From the NCBI GenBank assembly GCA_951406725.2, contig OX597819.1, positions 75,206,001 to 75,270,000 on the forward strand: a stretch of DNA of 64,000 nucleotides. The letters run 5' to 3'. The notes under the pieces were generated by a model that was given only the letters and a program-made list of their open reading frames with translations, did not search any database and was not told where the DNA came from. Each line of letters begins with the position of its first letter. Within the stretch, counting starts at the first letter, position 1. The translations under genes and the position numbers were made by a program. The DNA is from Octopus vulgaris. Lineage: Eukaryota. Shown here in pieces: positions 28,331-41,744 of this stretch.

Positions 28331-28858
28331 TATATGTATGCAAATTTCATATTTTGTCTTCTCATTGATAAAGAGGGAAACTTCACAGATGTTTGGAGTA
28401 GTGAAGGCTGGTGTTAAGCAGTTTGTCAAATGAAATTAAATTATTTTCAATTTTCAAACTTCATTCTAAAATAATCTAATTGTGTTTGATAGACTATGCA
28501 ATAAAAGATGTAAGAATTTAGAGAAAATGTACTTCGATTTAAAATTAATGATTATAAATCAAATTACTTAGTGTACAGTTAACTCTGATCAATTTGATTA
28601 TTGGTCAATCATTCCAATGATGACCATCCTTTTATTATTATTATTATTAAGTGCAGTGTACCCAAGACCATTCTATCTAATATGCCCCTTCCTAAGATTG
28701 ATAAGACATGATTTAAGGGAGATTTAGCTACTCTCTCTGGCAAATTGAGCAACAATATAGAAACTCCCCTATAAAGGGAATTGCTTTCAGAAATGTTTTG
28801 ATACTATTTCATCTTTTTGTTTTTCCATGTCATTATTATTTTTTTTCCTTTGTTTCAG

Positions 28859-29066
28859 CTCCAAAATGTTGGCATTAATGCCTCCAATATTGGGTTTAGT
28901 ACCCTTACTATGGAATCAGATAAATACATATGTATAAGAGAAAAGGTTGGAGAAACTGCTCAGGTTGTCATTATTGATTTAAATGATGCCACCAACCCAA
29001 TTCGCCGGCCTATCTCCGCTGACTCTGCCATCATGAACCCAGCAAGTAAAGTTATTGCATTAAAAG
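28859..29066 (+). CDS. CLTC: Clathrin heavy chain exon 2 ([69 protein letters not shown])
   Basis: Polypyrimidine tract + tttcag acceptor, 208 nt, donor G|gtcagt (phase 1); near-identical to metazoan CHC. Confidence 0.98.
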
Positions 29067-29143
29067 GTCAGTATCTTGTCTTTATATACAGATGTGGAAC
29101 AAACCAGTGACTTACAGCAGCAATTTTTGTTCTTATAGCTGCA

Positions 29144-29193
<50 letters not shown>
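29144..29193. repeat. (CT)n microsatellite downstream of exon 2
   Basis: Direct reading. Confidence 0.95.
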
Positions 29194-29200
<7 letters not shown>

Positions 29201-30073
29201 TAGTTGAATTAGTGAGGTAGGACAAAGAAACTAAGATGGTTGGGAATAAGTTTGTAAATGGATCATAGGGGTGATGTGTGTGCAAGTGAAACATATCTAA
29301 AAAAATTTTGTGGAAATGTCAGAGATGGTGGAATGAAAATCCAAAGCAGGTGTTAAAGAATTAGTGAGGGAAGACAATTGAGTTGCTCACAAGTATGAGA
29401 CGTGACACCAGTGCTGTTGGTATAACATTTTATTTAGCTCTAGAGTGGGTGGGACCAGTGAACCTGATGAATATCTACTTTTCTAGATGACCAAATATGT
29501 CAGTGTTTTTGTGACCCGTCCTCATACCAATAGCTTATTCAATTCACTGGAGAAGCAATTATAAGTAATGACAAGTTTGAAGCAGAGAAGTATAGTGTAT
29601 CATGGTACAGTCTTATTCCTAGTCAGCCCTGTCAAACTGTGCAATCCATGCCAGCATGGAAAATGAACATTAAGTGATGATGATGTAAAATGGAACTGGT
29701 GGGTGAGAGCTGCTGAGGCAAAATCATGGTTTTTATCATGGATGTATAAGACTGTTACCAAAGAGGACAAAAGTTGGTCATGGTATTGAGAAATTTTATG
29801 GCACAGCTAGGGTTGTTGGGTTTTGGAGTTTTAAGAAATAAATGGTTAGAAGTTTGTGGTGTGCAAATGATGAGGCAAATACTTGTGGAAAGAAGAGAGG
29901 AGAATAGTTGGTGTAAAGCAATAAACAAATTGTTTGTTGTTGTATGTATGTATCCCCACCATCCTTTCATTTTTAATGTCAAAACTTGATGCTGTTTTAT
30001 GTCAACCTATCAAATTGCTGACCACTTGTATTCCAAATATTATAACAAATATTAACTCTAATAATGTTTACAT

Positions 30074-30497
30074 AGATGCGGGTGTGGCTGTGTGATAAGA
30101 AGTTTACTTCCCAACCATGTGGTTCTAAGTTCAGTTCCCTGAGTGGCACCTTGGCAAGTGTCGTCTACTGTAATCCTGGTCCATCCAAAGCTTTGTAAGT
30201 GGATTTGGTGGACAGAAATTGAAAGAAGCTTGTCATAAGTATATATACATTTGTGTGTGTGTGTATATACGTTTGTCTCTCCTCATCTTGACATTGCATG
30301 ATAGTTGTAAATTGACTGTTACTGTCATACAAGCAGTGTCATTTCCCAATATTCTGTGAGAACATTTCTGTCCTTGAAGAAATATTACATTGCTTCAAAA
30401 CAGGTAAGAGTTGGCAACAGGAAAGGCATCAGGCCATAGAAAATCTGTGAACTCTGTCTGATCCATGCAAACATGACAAAGTGGGAGTTAAAATGCT
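30074..30497 (+). mobile_element. tRNA-headed SINE, near full length
   Basis: GCGGGTGTGGCTGTGTGATAAGAAGTTTACTTCCCAACC head, (TG)n, tail as in the 9504 and 17070 copies. Confidence 0.8.
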
Positions 30498-31249
30498 GAA
30501 TTTTGCTTTGTTTCCTCCAGCACTATAACTCCCTTTTACTTGGCATCTTGGATTCTTGAACTCAAGAATTGCTTATCTTTCCTCTAGTTTCTTTTTCTCC
30601 AGCAACATTTCTCTACTGATACTCTACAATTAGTTTGGTAAATGAGCAGGACTTTAATATCCTTCTGAAAACTATTTTGACAATGAAGAATAGTGGTCTA
30701 GTTATAACTAGTAACTTTAATAGGCATGTTAAACAACACCATGATGGTTTCTTCAGCATACATAGAGGTTATGGATAGGGCAAGAGGAATAAGGGTGCAG
30801 GGCACCTGGGGATCAATGATATAAATGAACTAATCATTTGTATTACTAACCTCTGGAAAATAACCATCCATCTGATCACCTATCAGTCACATAAACACAC
30901 CAAGAAATGGAGGACAGCAACTAGTTATGAACACTAAGTAACACTCTTCGAGAGAATGTACCACTCAACTTAGACTTGTGATCAATAACGTTATGGTGAG
31001 AGCTAGATGTGTCTCACAGACACAAGACAATCAGTTGAAAGAAAAAAGATATGGAAGCTGGAAGACCTCAGCTCAATATGGGTTCAGAAAAGTACTGCTT
31101 GAAGTTGACACATATGATGGGGTGGAGAAGACACTTATTACATAGGAAACAAAAATAAATTTTTATTGAAAATATCTTAGTGCAAGCAACAAGCAAGATC
31201 TGTAAATAGTGTAGGGTACAAACCTGATGAAAGTTGATATAGTGGTAGA

Positions 31250-32500
31250 ATACTATTTGTAGATAAATATGAGTTTAGGCCTGTAAAGATTGAAAAGATT
31301 TGTGCAGTATCAAACAGCTAGATGGGAAGATAGATGTTGGCTGTACTTATCAAAGCAAGAAGCCAAGTGAAAGGTTTATCATTGTTCTGGATTATAGAGC
31401 AGTGTTCCAGAGAAGTTTGAAGTGTTGTTGGGAAGAAATGAATCTGGAATATCATGACTTGACTTCACTGACTCTAAAAAGAAAGAGACTCAGATTGGCT
31501 GCTATGACAGTTTAGATCCTACTTTCAGTAGTCTCAAGTGATCAGCCTGTGGAGTTGACAACTGTATGGTTGAAAGTGCAATTAAGAATATGAAGGCAAG
31601 GAAGGCAAGCAACACAACCACCAAACATGGTTGCTGAGATATTGAAAATATCTATCAAAGTAGGTTACTCACTAGTCAGGATGCCATACCCAATACTGGT
31701 GTAGTAATATTGGTTTCAAATTTTGGCACAAGGCCATCAATTTCGGGGGCAGGGGCTAGTCAGTTACATTGACCTCAGTGCTCAACTGATATTTGATTGA
31801 TCCTGAAAGGATGAAAAGCAAAGTCAATCTTGACAGAATTTGATCTCAAAACATAAAGGCAAATGAAATACCTGTATTTTGTCCAGCTCACCACCTTCTG
31901 GTGTAGTAATATTAATTGCTACAAGAAAAAAAAAAGGATATTCTAGTTAGAGTGAAGCACAGAGGCATCATGTTGACGAACCAGATTATGAAAGTCATCT
32001 GTCACCATCACAACACCTTAGCATAAAAGTCAAGCACAGCAAACTAAAATGTTTCATATTTATCATGCTCAATCTCTTTGGTAACTCTGCCATTGCTTCC
32101 TCTCTCTCTCTCTCTCTCTCAAATAAAGAGCAAACAAATATAAGCAACATATGGAAGAGATATTTCTTAGTCTTGCTAAGTGTGACACACACTCTTTAGT
32201 GATGAACTAACAAATAGAGACAACATAGGCGAGAGGATTTCAAGACTAAGAAGATTGCCACAGTGCTGGCAAGACTAAAGACCAGAAAATCCCATGTATT
32301 GATACCACAATAAAATGCACCCTGTACATCCTCTAGGAAGATCATCCAGCTATAGAAACCTTTACAAATAATGTAGCATGTGAGTGAGACCTGGTCTTTA
32401 ACCCCCACCCCTTCCCAGGAAGCCAATAACTTCAAATAAGCTCTGACTTGGGTTGTAATGACCCATCCAAATCCTACCAGCTTGGATATGATGTAAACTT
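31250..32500 (+). mobile_element. Heavily decayed RTE-type LINE fragment
   Basis: GCAATTAAGAATATGAAGG and TGCTACAAG...AGAGGCATCATGTTG..CCAGATTATGAAAGT segments resemble the other two copies; interrupted by a SINE. Confidence 0.6.
31712..31897 (-). mobile_element. SINE (Nin/Deu-domain-like) nested in the LINE, with 16-bp TSD
   Basis: TSD CTGGTGTAGTAATATT at 31696-31711 and 31898-31913; core GATCCTGAAAGGATGAAAAGCAAAGTCAA. Confidence 0.85.
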
Positions 32501-32759
32501 TTGACTCTAGTGTAACAGATGGATTTTTTTCTTCTCTATTTTCTCTTGAAAAAGGGCTGTGCTCAAATCGGGGATAATTTTCATTTTCTATATAGCAAAT
32601 GCATTTATATTAGACTTATTTTCATTTCTATTTCTTGTGAATTGTTTCTGACCTATTCACACTGGATTACATCTATGATGAATTTTAACTTGTTTATTGA
32701 TTGATTTGTGTAGTTTTTAGATTACTTGGTAAATATGAAAGAAATTTAATTGCATATTA

Positions 32760-35030
32760 TCATCATTTAATGTTTGTTTTCCAAAGTGGTATGGGTTGAA
32801 TGATTTGACGGGAGCTGACAAGCCAGAGAACTAAACCAGGCTGCATTTGTCTGTTTTGGCATAGTTTCTTTGGCTGGGTGTCCTTCCTAATGCCAACCAC
32901 TTTACAAAATGTACTGGGTGCTTTTTACATGGCTTCAACACAAGCAGGGTTGTCAAATAGCTTGCAAGACAGAGACCTCTCATCGGAGTGAGTGATTGGA
33001 ACCAAAGGAAGTGGATGTGAGCCAGGTGAGTAGTTAGAGTATAACAGGGGGACAGAGATCATTGACTTACTATAGAGGAGCTACTTGGCTACCTCAGTAG
33101 GATAGAGGAGAAAATGGGGAGAAGTGAGAGAGAGATAGGTGTTGGAGATTAGGGTCTATCAACAGGGATTAGTGGGGAAGCGCATTAGTGTAGTACAGAG
33201 GGGATAGAGAAGGATGTTCCATAAGAGTGAGGGGAAGTGTTTAGAGATGGGAAAGACCTGACTAGTAAGTGATGGTGAGAGAAAATGGAGTAGCTGGGAG
33301 GGAGGTATGGTAGGTGTATTAAAGCATAGTGTATGCAGAAGGTGAGTGGAGGGGCCTGCAGTGGGGATCATGAGTAGTGAGATGGAAGCTGTTAATAAGA
33401 TGAGTTATGGGGGTATTTTTGGCAAAGGACAGCTTGCGTATGTGAGTGGGGAGCATGGCCATAAATGACATGCTTGTATGGATGGCTGATTTTACTTGGC
33501 TTGACATGTCTTCTCAAGCACAACAAATTGCCAGTTGTCTTGGTCCCTTGTCATCTACTCTGAAGCTCAACATCTGAAATCATTTCTCCCCACTCCATCC
33601 CACATCTTCCTGGGCCTACTCCTTCCACAGGTTCCTTCCACAATTTGAGATCAGCATTTCTTTATGCTGCAGTCTTCATCTATAAGCATCACATGACAAT
33701 ACCAGTGCAGGCCTCTCTCTTGTACACTACATCTAATGCCTCTTCTATCCAATTTTTCTCTTAAATCATTTGCATTCAGTTGTATACCACACTGACATTA
33801 TCCATCCAGCAGGGCATGCTTGATTTGTTCTCTTCAAGCTTTCACATGTCCTCTGTAGTCGCAGCCCATGTTTCACCACCATGTAGCATAATTGTTTGTT
33901 CACGGCATCATACAATCTGTCTTTCACTCTGAGGGAGAGCACTTTTGTTACGGACAAAGGTAGTGACTCTCTGAACTTGTTCTTTTTCTGGCAACTACAC
34001 TTTCATAGCATCCTCCTCCACTACTAACTTGGTTGCCTAGGAAGCTATCTACTTCTAAGGATCTCCCCAGACATTCATGAAAGTCTATTTTCTGTACATT
34101 CTTAATGTTTATTGTACTTTTACATCTGTGACACAAAAGCTATGACCCTAACTTTCATCACCTGGTCCAGTAATTTGATACCTCTGCAATTATTTCTATC
34201 TAAGGTGTTACCTTTACCTTTATAGCAGTTGACTATAATGCTACAGCAGCCATCGGGTATGATTCCCTCATAGACAACCTGATTAACTATACTGGTATCA
34301 AGGCCATATTCCACTCCACCAGATATTTCTAAGCATTTCGGTGGTGATTCCTAATGGACCAAGTACTTTCCCTGTCTTCATATCCTTAACTGCTTTCTCT
34401 ACCAAGCTACTGCTGATTCAGATAGCTGATCCCTCTGTCGGATTCACAGTAGACAGTCTCTTTCTCCCATGCATTTTCTACATTTAGCAGCCTTTGATAG
34501 TGGCGCTTCTCACCTCTTTCTTTAAGTGAACTGTCCTTGTGAACACACTTCTCTCCTACATCATGATGATTTTCTCTAACGTACTGCCTTGCAAGCCAAA
34601 ACACCTCAATCCCCTGGTCCTCGTGCTGTAGATCATCAGCAAACTTCTTCCTTTCTGCTTCTCTCCTGGCTAAATATACCTCTCCTAGTTTCTGTTCTCA
34701 CTACTGATATATTTCTTAGCTACCACCACTCTTCCAGTCCTGTTTTTTCACTCTAATGGCCATCTCTATTATTCTGTTCTACCATCACTCACCTTTGGTC
34801 TGGTTGGAGTTTTGCACCAACCACAAATTTGGTCTGTAGCCCTCAGTAAGTTATCCCATAGGAACTTCCATTTGTCCTTTGTTACATGTCTGTAAATCTT
34901 CCTTCTATTCATCACATGCTTCAATTAGGATATCTCTAAATCTTTGACTATTCAGAGGACCCTTAAGCTTCCAAATCTTTCTTTTCTAGATTGGTCTGTT
35001 TCTTAGAATCCTAAACTGAAGTTACTAATG
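32760..35030 (-). mobile_element. 5'-truncated, decayed RTE-type LINE with long 3' UTR and tail
   Basis: RT-region remnants EGIIPDGCCSIIVNCYKGKGNTLDRNNCRGIKLLDQVMKV and LSLRVKDRLYDA, C-terminal VEGTCGRSRPRKMW; followed by a CT-rich tract and GGAAGG.CA.CCAGC...(GAT)n tail. Confidence 0.8.
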
Positions 35031-35509
35031 ACTTCACTCAAATGCTCTTTGCATTTATTTAATGCAAACAATGTGAAATTTCTCGTGGACTTCTGTTGTT
35101 TCTATTTAGCTCAGACCACATGATTCCAATTTCAAGCCCACTAAATGGAATCTCAACCAAATGTTCAAGCTATGGTACATCTCATCTTCCTTAAATCCTT
35201 TAGAATAGTGTATCCCAAACAAGTCGTCTACTGACCTTTTTAAGCCTTTAGAGTGTGATTGAGAGTGGAGAGGAATATGACTGCTATTTTTTGGTATGTA
35301 CAGGCAGTGAAGCATTGGTATGCAAAATATCTCAGCTAAGTAATGCAATTGCTGCAACATGGATTTCAAATACTGTCAAATGCAATTTGATTATAGAACC
35401 CTGAAATGATTAAAATTGAAAACTTCATTACTTTTAGAAACTCTAGGTGTGAAAAGGCAAGTAACAACCATATTCAGGTATGTATTGATTATGTTGGTAT
35501 TAGATGTTA

Positions 35510-35835
35510 CCCAGCAATCCCATGGTTTGGGGTTCACTTCCCAACCCTGTGGTTTTATGTTCAGTCCCCCTGTGTGGCACCTTGGGCAAGTGTCTTTTAC
35601 TATAGCCCTGGACTAACCAAAGCTTTGTGAGTGGAATTTGTTGGCAGGAATTGAAAGAAGCCTGTCACATATGTGTGTATGTATTCCTCCTTGTCTTGAT
35701 GATAGTTCTAAATACTACCATACAATCAATGTCTAGTCCTCAAGAAATACTGCATTGCTTCAAAATATATGGTTGCAGAAAATCTTCCTCTTTGAATTCC
35801 ATCTGACTTTATTGCAAGCATGAAAATTGATGCAA
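35510..35835 (+). mobile_element. tRNA-headed SINE
   Basis: GTTCAGTCCCCCTGTGTGGCACCTTGGGCAAGTGTCTTTTACTATAGCCC core. Confidence 0.75.
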
Positions 35836-38699
35836 AGATTAAGTAGTAAAATTTTATTTTGGGTACACGTAATATTGAGAGCAGTCTTGGATAGAAGCTC
35901 ATAGGTGGTTTTATAATTGGTGAGGTGTAATACTGTCTGGAATGTGAAAGTTTCACATCTATTAAGAAAAGTTAATATATTTATATAAACTTGAGGGCTG
36001 CAAAACTGGTTGTTAAACTAGACTACATGCTATGAGATAATTGCATTGACACACTGTTGTGTTTATTCAATGTGCCTTGTTATTAGATTGATATAGTGTA
36101 CTTTTAGGAAGATTTGAGTATTTCATGGTTAAATGAATGTCTGCCTAGAGGTTTTCCTATAGTTGTTTGTTATATTTGGCTGTACTTAGTTTTAAACCCC
36201 AACATTTGTCAATGGAAACACTGAATATATGTAACCATGTAAACTACTTTCTGTATTCCAACCACCACTTGCTCACTATCACCTATTATGATGATCACTA
36301 TCAGTTCAATTCACTTGTTTCTGTTTTGTCATCATCACTCCCACCAACTCTCTCTGTCTATCTCTCTAACACTTTCTTTCAATGGGCTTTTCTTGCTGAC
36401 CACCCACTAAGCCATGACCATTGTCTCTATCACTGTTACCAACTCAGCAAAAAGAGAGACAATGTTTTGAAACTGACCTATTTTCCATAACATTTCAGCA
36501 CTGAGTTACTGAAGCAGAATTATTGTTATAGCAAATCTGCTATTCAATACAATAGGTTTATTAGTCAGTTGTTTGACCATAACCACTTGAGCATCTCTCT
36601 TATGGTTGACAATATGTGCATCTCTGATCATAAGCAAGAGGAGTCAGGGAGCATCACAGCCATGTGTTGAAAGGGATTCTTTAGGTTTTGAAAATCATGT
36701 TACACAATGTTATATTTGTTTAGTTCTTAGTTAATCCCCTACAATTATGACAGCACATAGCTAAAGAGAAATAACCTTGTTTAAACCCTTCCACTCCATT
36801 CTACAATGTGAAAATGGATATTAAACCAGGGAGAAACAGATTTGGCTTTGTAAACTTCAGTTTTTTTGTTAATGAGAGAATTGTGTTTCTTATTTTTTTT
36901 ATTTTTGTGATAAATCAATTACTAGATTTCAGCTTTTAGTTGTAGTTATTTCATTTGACCTGTATTGCTGAAGCTTAACAAAAACATGAATGTTTTTGTT
37001 TTCCTTTCCTCGTAAAGCTGATGAGACAACAATGACTCATTGACATAATTTTTGAGTTACAAAAATGTAAGACTGGTTCTTTTAACCACACTGCAGGAGG
37101 AGAGAGATAAGTAAAAGTATTGATTTTGAAAATATGACTTAATAGTTTAAAAAACAAGACAGTATTACACATCATCAGTTATGAAACAACCATGTAAATA
37201 TTTTCTGTGACAATTTCTAGTTAACTGAAATATTCTATATTGACTACATAATGTGAATATCTTTTGGGATATTTATCTCTCCTCATTTTTTATTTAGTGT
37301 TTTCACTCATCATCTGAAAACAAATAATAAACTGAAATCGGTTAAATGATTGAAGAGGGTAATCCAATAAAAATGTTGTCAGAAATATATGGATAACTTG
37401 GATTATATATAGATTATTTTGTTCTGACGCTGAAGGGAAAAATATTAATCTTTTAATCCAATCGTAGAAAATCATGGCAAAAATGGGTTAAGGTTAGACT
37501 ATTGACATTAAAAAAATTGACATTGCTAATTTCTACCTCTACATAAACACATTGTCTTATTTATAGTACATTATGTAATCTATGAAGGGAAAGGATGTTT
37601 CAATTTCATGACCTGTTCTTTGATTGTTTTTCGACTTTAAAGTTATGAGTTATTTGTATAATGCCTTTCTCTTTTCTAAGTTTCAATTCCCTTAAGAGAA
37701 AGGAAATTGAAAAGGAGCTTAGATCTTATTGATAAATAATTATTTCTCACATAAATTCGGAATGGGCTTTTTTTTTTTTTTCTCAATGAATATCAAGATA
37801 ATAGGAACATTTATTTTTTTTAATTTCTCAGGAAGGTTATTTCACTTGATTCTTTACAAGACCTCCAAAACTGGTGGGAAGGTGGATGAGTTATCTTCAA
37901 ATTGGAGACCTTGCTCAAATGCTTGCAACGAAGTGGACTTAACTGAAGGTATACGAGGGTCAGATAAAGGTGCTAAGCTGAGCAACTGATTAGGTCTACC
38001 AGTTAAGACCTCAGCAAGATTTGAATTCAGAATGCAAAGAGCTGGAACAAATATAGAAGACATCTTGCTTGATGCTTTAACATTTCTACCACTCCACTAC
38101 TTTATCAACTGCAGAAGGCTAAGTTAGCTTCAGTGAGGTTAAAACTCAGAATACAAGGTGCCAAAATAAAAACCAACTGGTGACTCTGCTAATTCACTAT
38201 CTATGTATATCTTCATTTGAATTATGTAGGAATATTCATATTTATTCATCACTGATGGTGTTAAGTAATTTATCTGGATTAAGGATGTAAAATAGATAAT
38301 TGATCATATTATATCTCTTTCCATGTATATTACAATTCCATCAATTATAGTTGGCTAATTCATAAAGTCTAACTTTGATGACATAAGTAACTGTATGTTA
38401 TTGAAAATGAAAGCTCACCTGAATATACTAAAGTGAAAGCATTCAAATATTTTTAATTGGATAGCCTTTTGTGTATGTGTCAGTAGCATAGAAGCCTCTA
38501 AGTAATTATTCATTTTTTTTTCCTCTATGTATTTGCAAAGCTTCATGTCCCACTAATAATTCTAAGTATTCTTTGAAAATGCTTGCTAATCAAAGGGGTG
38601 TACAAATATGGTTTGTAGGGAGTTAATTATAGATCTGACCTTGACATTGACAGGCTCAGTACAAGCTTTGCTTGTTACTGAGAGTAGTATTGAATTGTT

Positions 38700-39515
38700 A
38701 CACCCCTATTTTCACTCCTCTCTCCTCGGTCAAGCTTACTCACAGGTTTCTTTCTCTAACACTCATCACTTCTCTGTCTGATATTTATTTGGCTACCATA
38801 ATCACCTGAGAGAAGAATAGGCACATACTACATCCCCTCCTTTTTGTTACCTTCCTCCTTCTTCCCCCACCTCGGCACCATTCTCCTCAAGTCATGCTTT
38901 CTCCCCTTGCTATACTCCATCCTTAACATCTCTCATTTGTTGTTACTCTCACAGCCCTAACATATCTAACATAACCACCTCTGAACCACTCCTGTGTCTC
39001 TCACCATCAACTACTACAGTCACCTGTATGCCATCTAATCATCTCTCCTCACATTCTTATGAAACAATTTCGTCTGTCTCCCCTGCCCATTCACTCAGTC
39101 CAATCTCTGTATCACTTCACCTATATTCACACACATATCCACCATCATCTTTCTCATTTTGTACCTGTATCTTTCTAAGTTTCTCTCTCCCTTCTTCTCC
39201 AACTGGCATATCCTTGTTGTAGTAAGGAGTTACAGCAACACACCTATCTCTCTATTATTCTTTTAATCTTTCATCAACTAACACAAAGCCACCTCCCTCA
39301 ATACTACTTCCTTCCAGTCAATGGACTTTGACTTGCAAGTTGCTTGGTAACCCTGCCAGTGCTGGTGCCACAAAAAAAGCATCCACTACACTCTGTATAG
39401 TGGCTGCCATTAGAAAGGTATCCAGCCATAGAAATCATAGCATGACAGTCCTCTGCCTTACCAGCTCTTGTCAAACCGTCGAACTCATGCCATCATGGAA
39501 AATGTGATAAATGAT
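38700..39515 (+). mobile_element. CT-rich LINE 3' UTR plus tail module
   Basis: Same CT-rich-then-tail organisation as 59780-60690 and rc of 32760-33470. Confidence 0.65.
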
Positions 39516-39631
39516 GAACAATCTGAAGTAATCATCTTTGATTTAGTTATTGGTGTTTACTACTTCCTCAATTGAAATGTATAAAACTAGGAATATTTTA
39601 AAGAATACTTTATATCATCCAAAGTCCAAAT

Positions 39632-39790
39632 CATCATCATTATTTAATGTCTGTCTTCCATGCTTGCATATGTTGGATAGTTTGACAGGAGCTGGCAAGC
39701 TAGAGGGCTGCACAAAGCTCCATTGTTTTGACATGTTTTTTTATGGCTGGATGCCCTTCCTAATGCCAACCATTTTACAAAGTGAGAAAG
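39632..39790 (-). mobile_element. Tail module, minus strand
   Basis: TCATCATCATTATTTAATGTC...GGCTGGATGCCCTTCCTAATGCCAACC. Confidence 0.75.
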
Positions 39791-40038
39791 AAAATACCCA
39801 AATGGCAAGCTCCATTCCTTTTTTTTATTTGCCTGAAAAATGGGCATTATTTGTGAATAGTGCTTGCTTTTGAAATAATTATAATTTCCATTGTGGATTG
39901 TAATAATGACAAAGGTGGACATAAAATAGCTAAAGATATTACTTTTTCTTCAATAACTCTATTAGTTTTCTAAATAATTATTGGAAAGTCACTTTATATT
40001 AAAACTGTTGTACTCAGTTGTTTTCTTTCAATTTTCAG

Positions 40039-40188
40039 CTGGCAAAACTTTACAGATTTTCAATATTGAAATGAAAAGCAAAATGAAGGCACATACTATG
40101 ACTGAAGACGTTACCTTCTGGAAATGGATTTCAGTCAACACAGTTGCACTGGTTACAGATACAGCTGTATACCACTGGGGTATGGAAG
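40039..40188 (+). CDS. CLTC: Clathrin heavy chain exon 3 ([50 protein letters not shown])
   Basis: ttttcag acceptor, 150 nt, phase 1-1, donor G|gtaagt; contains clathrin-box site residues (human Q89, F91, K96, K98). Confidence 0.98.
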
Positions 40189-40254
40189 GTAAGTCAAGAA
40201 TTTAGCTTTTCTCATGATTCCTTAATTTTTTTTTTTTTTTTTACTTTCTTTCTG

Positions 40255-40410
40255 GCTGCGTGTTTACTTTGCTTCTCAACCACATGGTTCCAGTTTCAGT
40301 CCTACTGCATGGCCCCTTGGACAAGTGTCTCCCACTAAAGCCTCAGGCTGACCAAATCCTTGTGAGTGAATTTGGTAGACAGAAACTAAGTGAAGCCTAT
40401 TGCGCGTGCA

Positions 40411-40441
<31 letters not shown>

Positions 40442-41045
40442 ATATTTATATATAAAATCAAAGGCGCAGAAACGACATACTTCAAAGGTAACGTAATCCA
40501 AGAGTAGAGTAAGAAATCCATGAACCGGGTACTCCAAATCGGTCAGAACGATGTGATATATATATGTGTGTGTGTGTGTCTTTGTTGTCCCCCACCACTG
40601 CTTCCCGACCAGTGTTGGTGTGTTTACATCCCAGCAACTTAGCAGTTCAGCAGAAGAGACTGATGGAATATGTACTGGGCTTCAAAACAATAGGTACTGG
40701 GGTCAGTTCATCATTTTGCATCCGTTGCCCATGATGGCATGGGTTGGACGGTTTGACTGGGCTGGTACACTGGAAGGCTGCGCCAGGATCCAGTTTGATT
40801 TGGCATGGTTCTTTAGCTGGATGCCCTTCCTAATGCCAACCACCCTAAGAGTGTAATGGGTGCTTTTACGTGCCACTGACATGGGTCTCAATTGTGTGAC
40901 ACTGGTATCTTGGTATCTACCACGACTGTGATTTTGCTTGGCTTGATGGGTTTTCTCAAGCACGACATAATACCAATGGTCTTGGTCATTGCTTCTATGA
41001 AGCCCAAAACTCAAAAGCTCAGCCACTTTGCCTCCATGAGGCCCA
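40255..41045. mobile_element. SINE (+, 40255-40710) abutting a minus-strand LINE/SINE tail (40710-41045)
   Basis: Head core CCACATGGTTCCAGTTTCAGTCC; then GCTGGATGCCCTTCCTAATGCCAACC. Confidence 0.75.
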
Positions 41046-41334
41046 TTGACTAAAATTCTTCAAGGTGGTGCCCTGGAATTGCTGCAGTTTAATGACAGAA
41101 ACCAGTGAAAGAGAAAAGACTAATTCTGTTATGTGAAGATTACATGTAAAACCATCACTTGATGTTAAAATTCAAAAGGGATAATGAAAAACAGAAAGTA
41201 CTTTTCAAGTTGACAATACCAAAGATTTGGAAGTGAACAGAATTTTCAGCTTGAATTTCAAATGCAAACTGAACACATGGTATTTAATATATTTAAATAT
41301 TTAAACCAATGAGGACGCAAGTTCTATAACAATA

Positions 41335-41535
41335 ACCAAGACCTTTGGCATTATGTTGTGCATGGGAAAACGACCCATCAAGCTGAGCAAAATCACAGTT
41401 GTGGCATGTAAAAGCACTCATTACACTCTCAGAGTGGTTGGCGTTAGGAAGGGCATCCAGCTGTAGAAAACCATGCCAAATCAAACTGGATCTTGGCACA
41501 GCCTTCCAGTGTGCCAGCCCAATCAAACCATTCAA
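41335..41535 (+). mobile_element. Tail module, near-identical inverted partner of 40740-40980
   Basis: CCATGCCAAATCAAACTGGATCTTGGCACAGCCTTCCAGTGTGCCAGCCC matches the rc of 40760-40809. Confidence 0.8.
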
Positions 41536-41744
41536 AACTCAAAAGGAGCTCAGCCCCTTCTCACATTTAAGGTAATTCTATGGCTGCTAGATCAATGATT
41601 ATTTATGAAGATTCAAAAACATTTTCCACAGTAAATGTAAAATGCTTCAGTATATTTAATCCAACAAATTAATATTTTTACATTGAGATGTTTTATGAAA
41701 ATTCCTTGTTAGATGATGAAAAGTTTAATTTTAATTTTTTTTAA

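Noticed and set aside
37468-37492. Possible microexon after aatcgtag in intron 2
   Set aside because: Available donors give 19 or 25 nt, neither frame-preserving.
37832-37873. 42-nt phase 1-1 pseudo-exon in intron 2 (GRLFHLILYKTSKT) after a strong ttctcag acceptor
   Set aside because: Weak donor CTG|GTGGGA and a hydrophobic peptide unlike a loop insert; worth an RNA-seq check but not supported.
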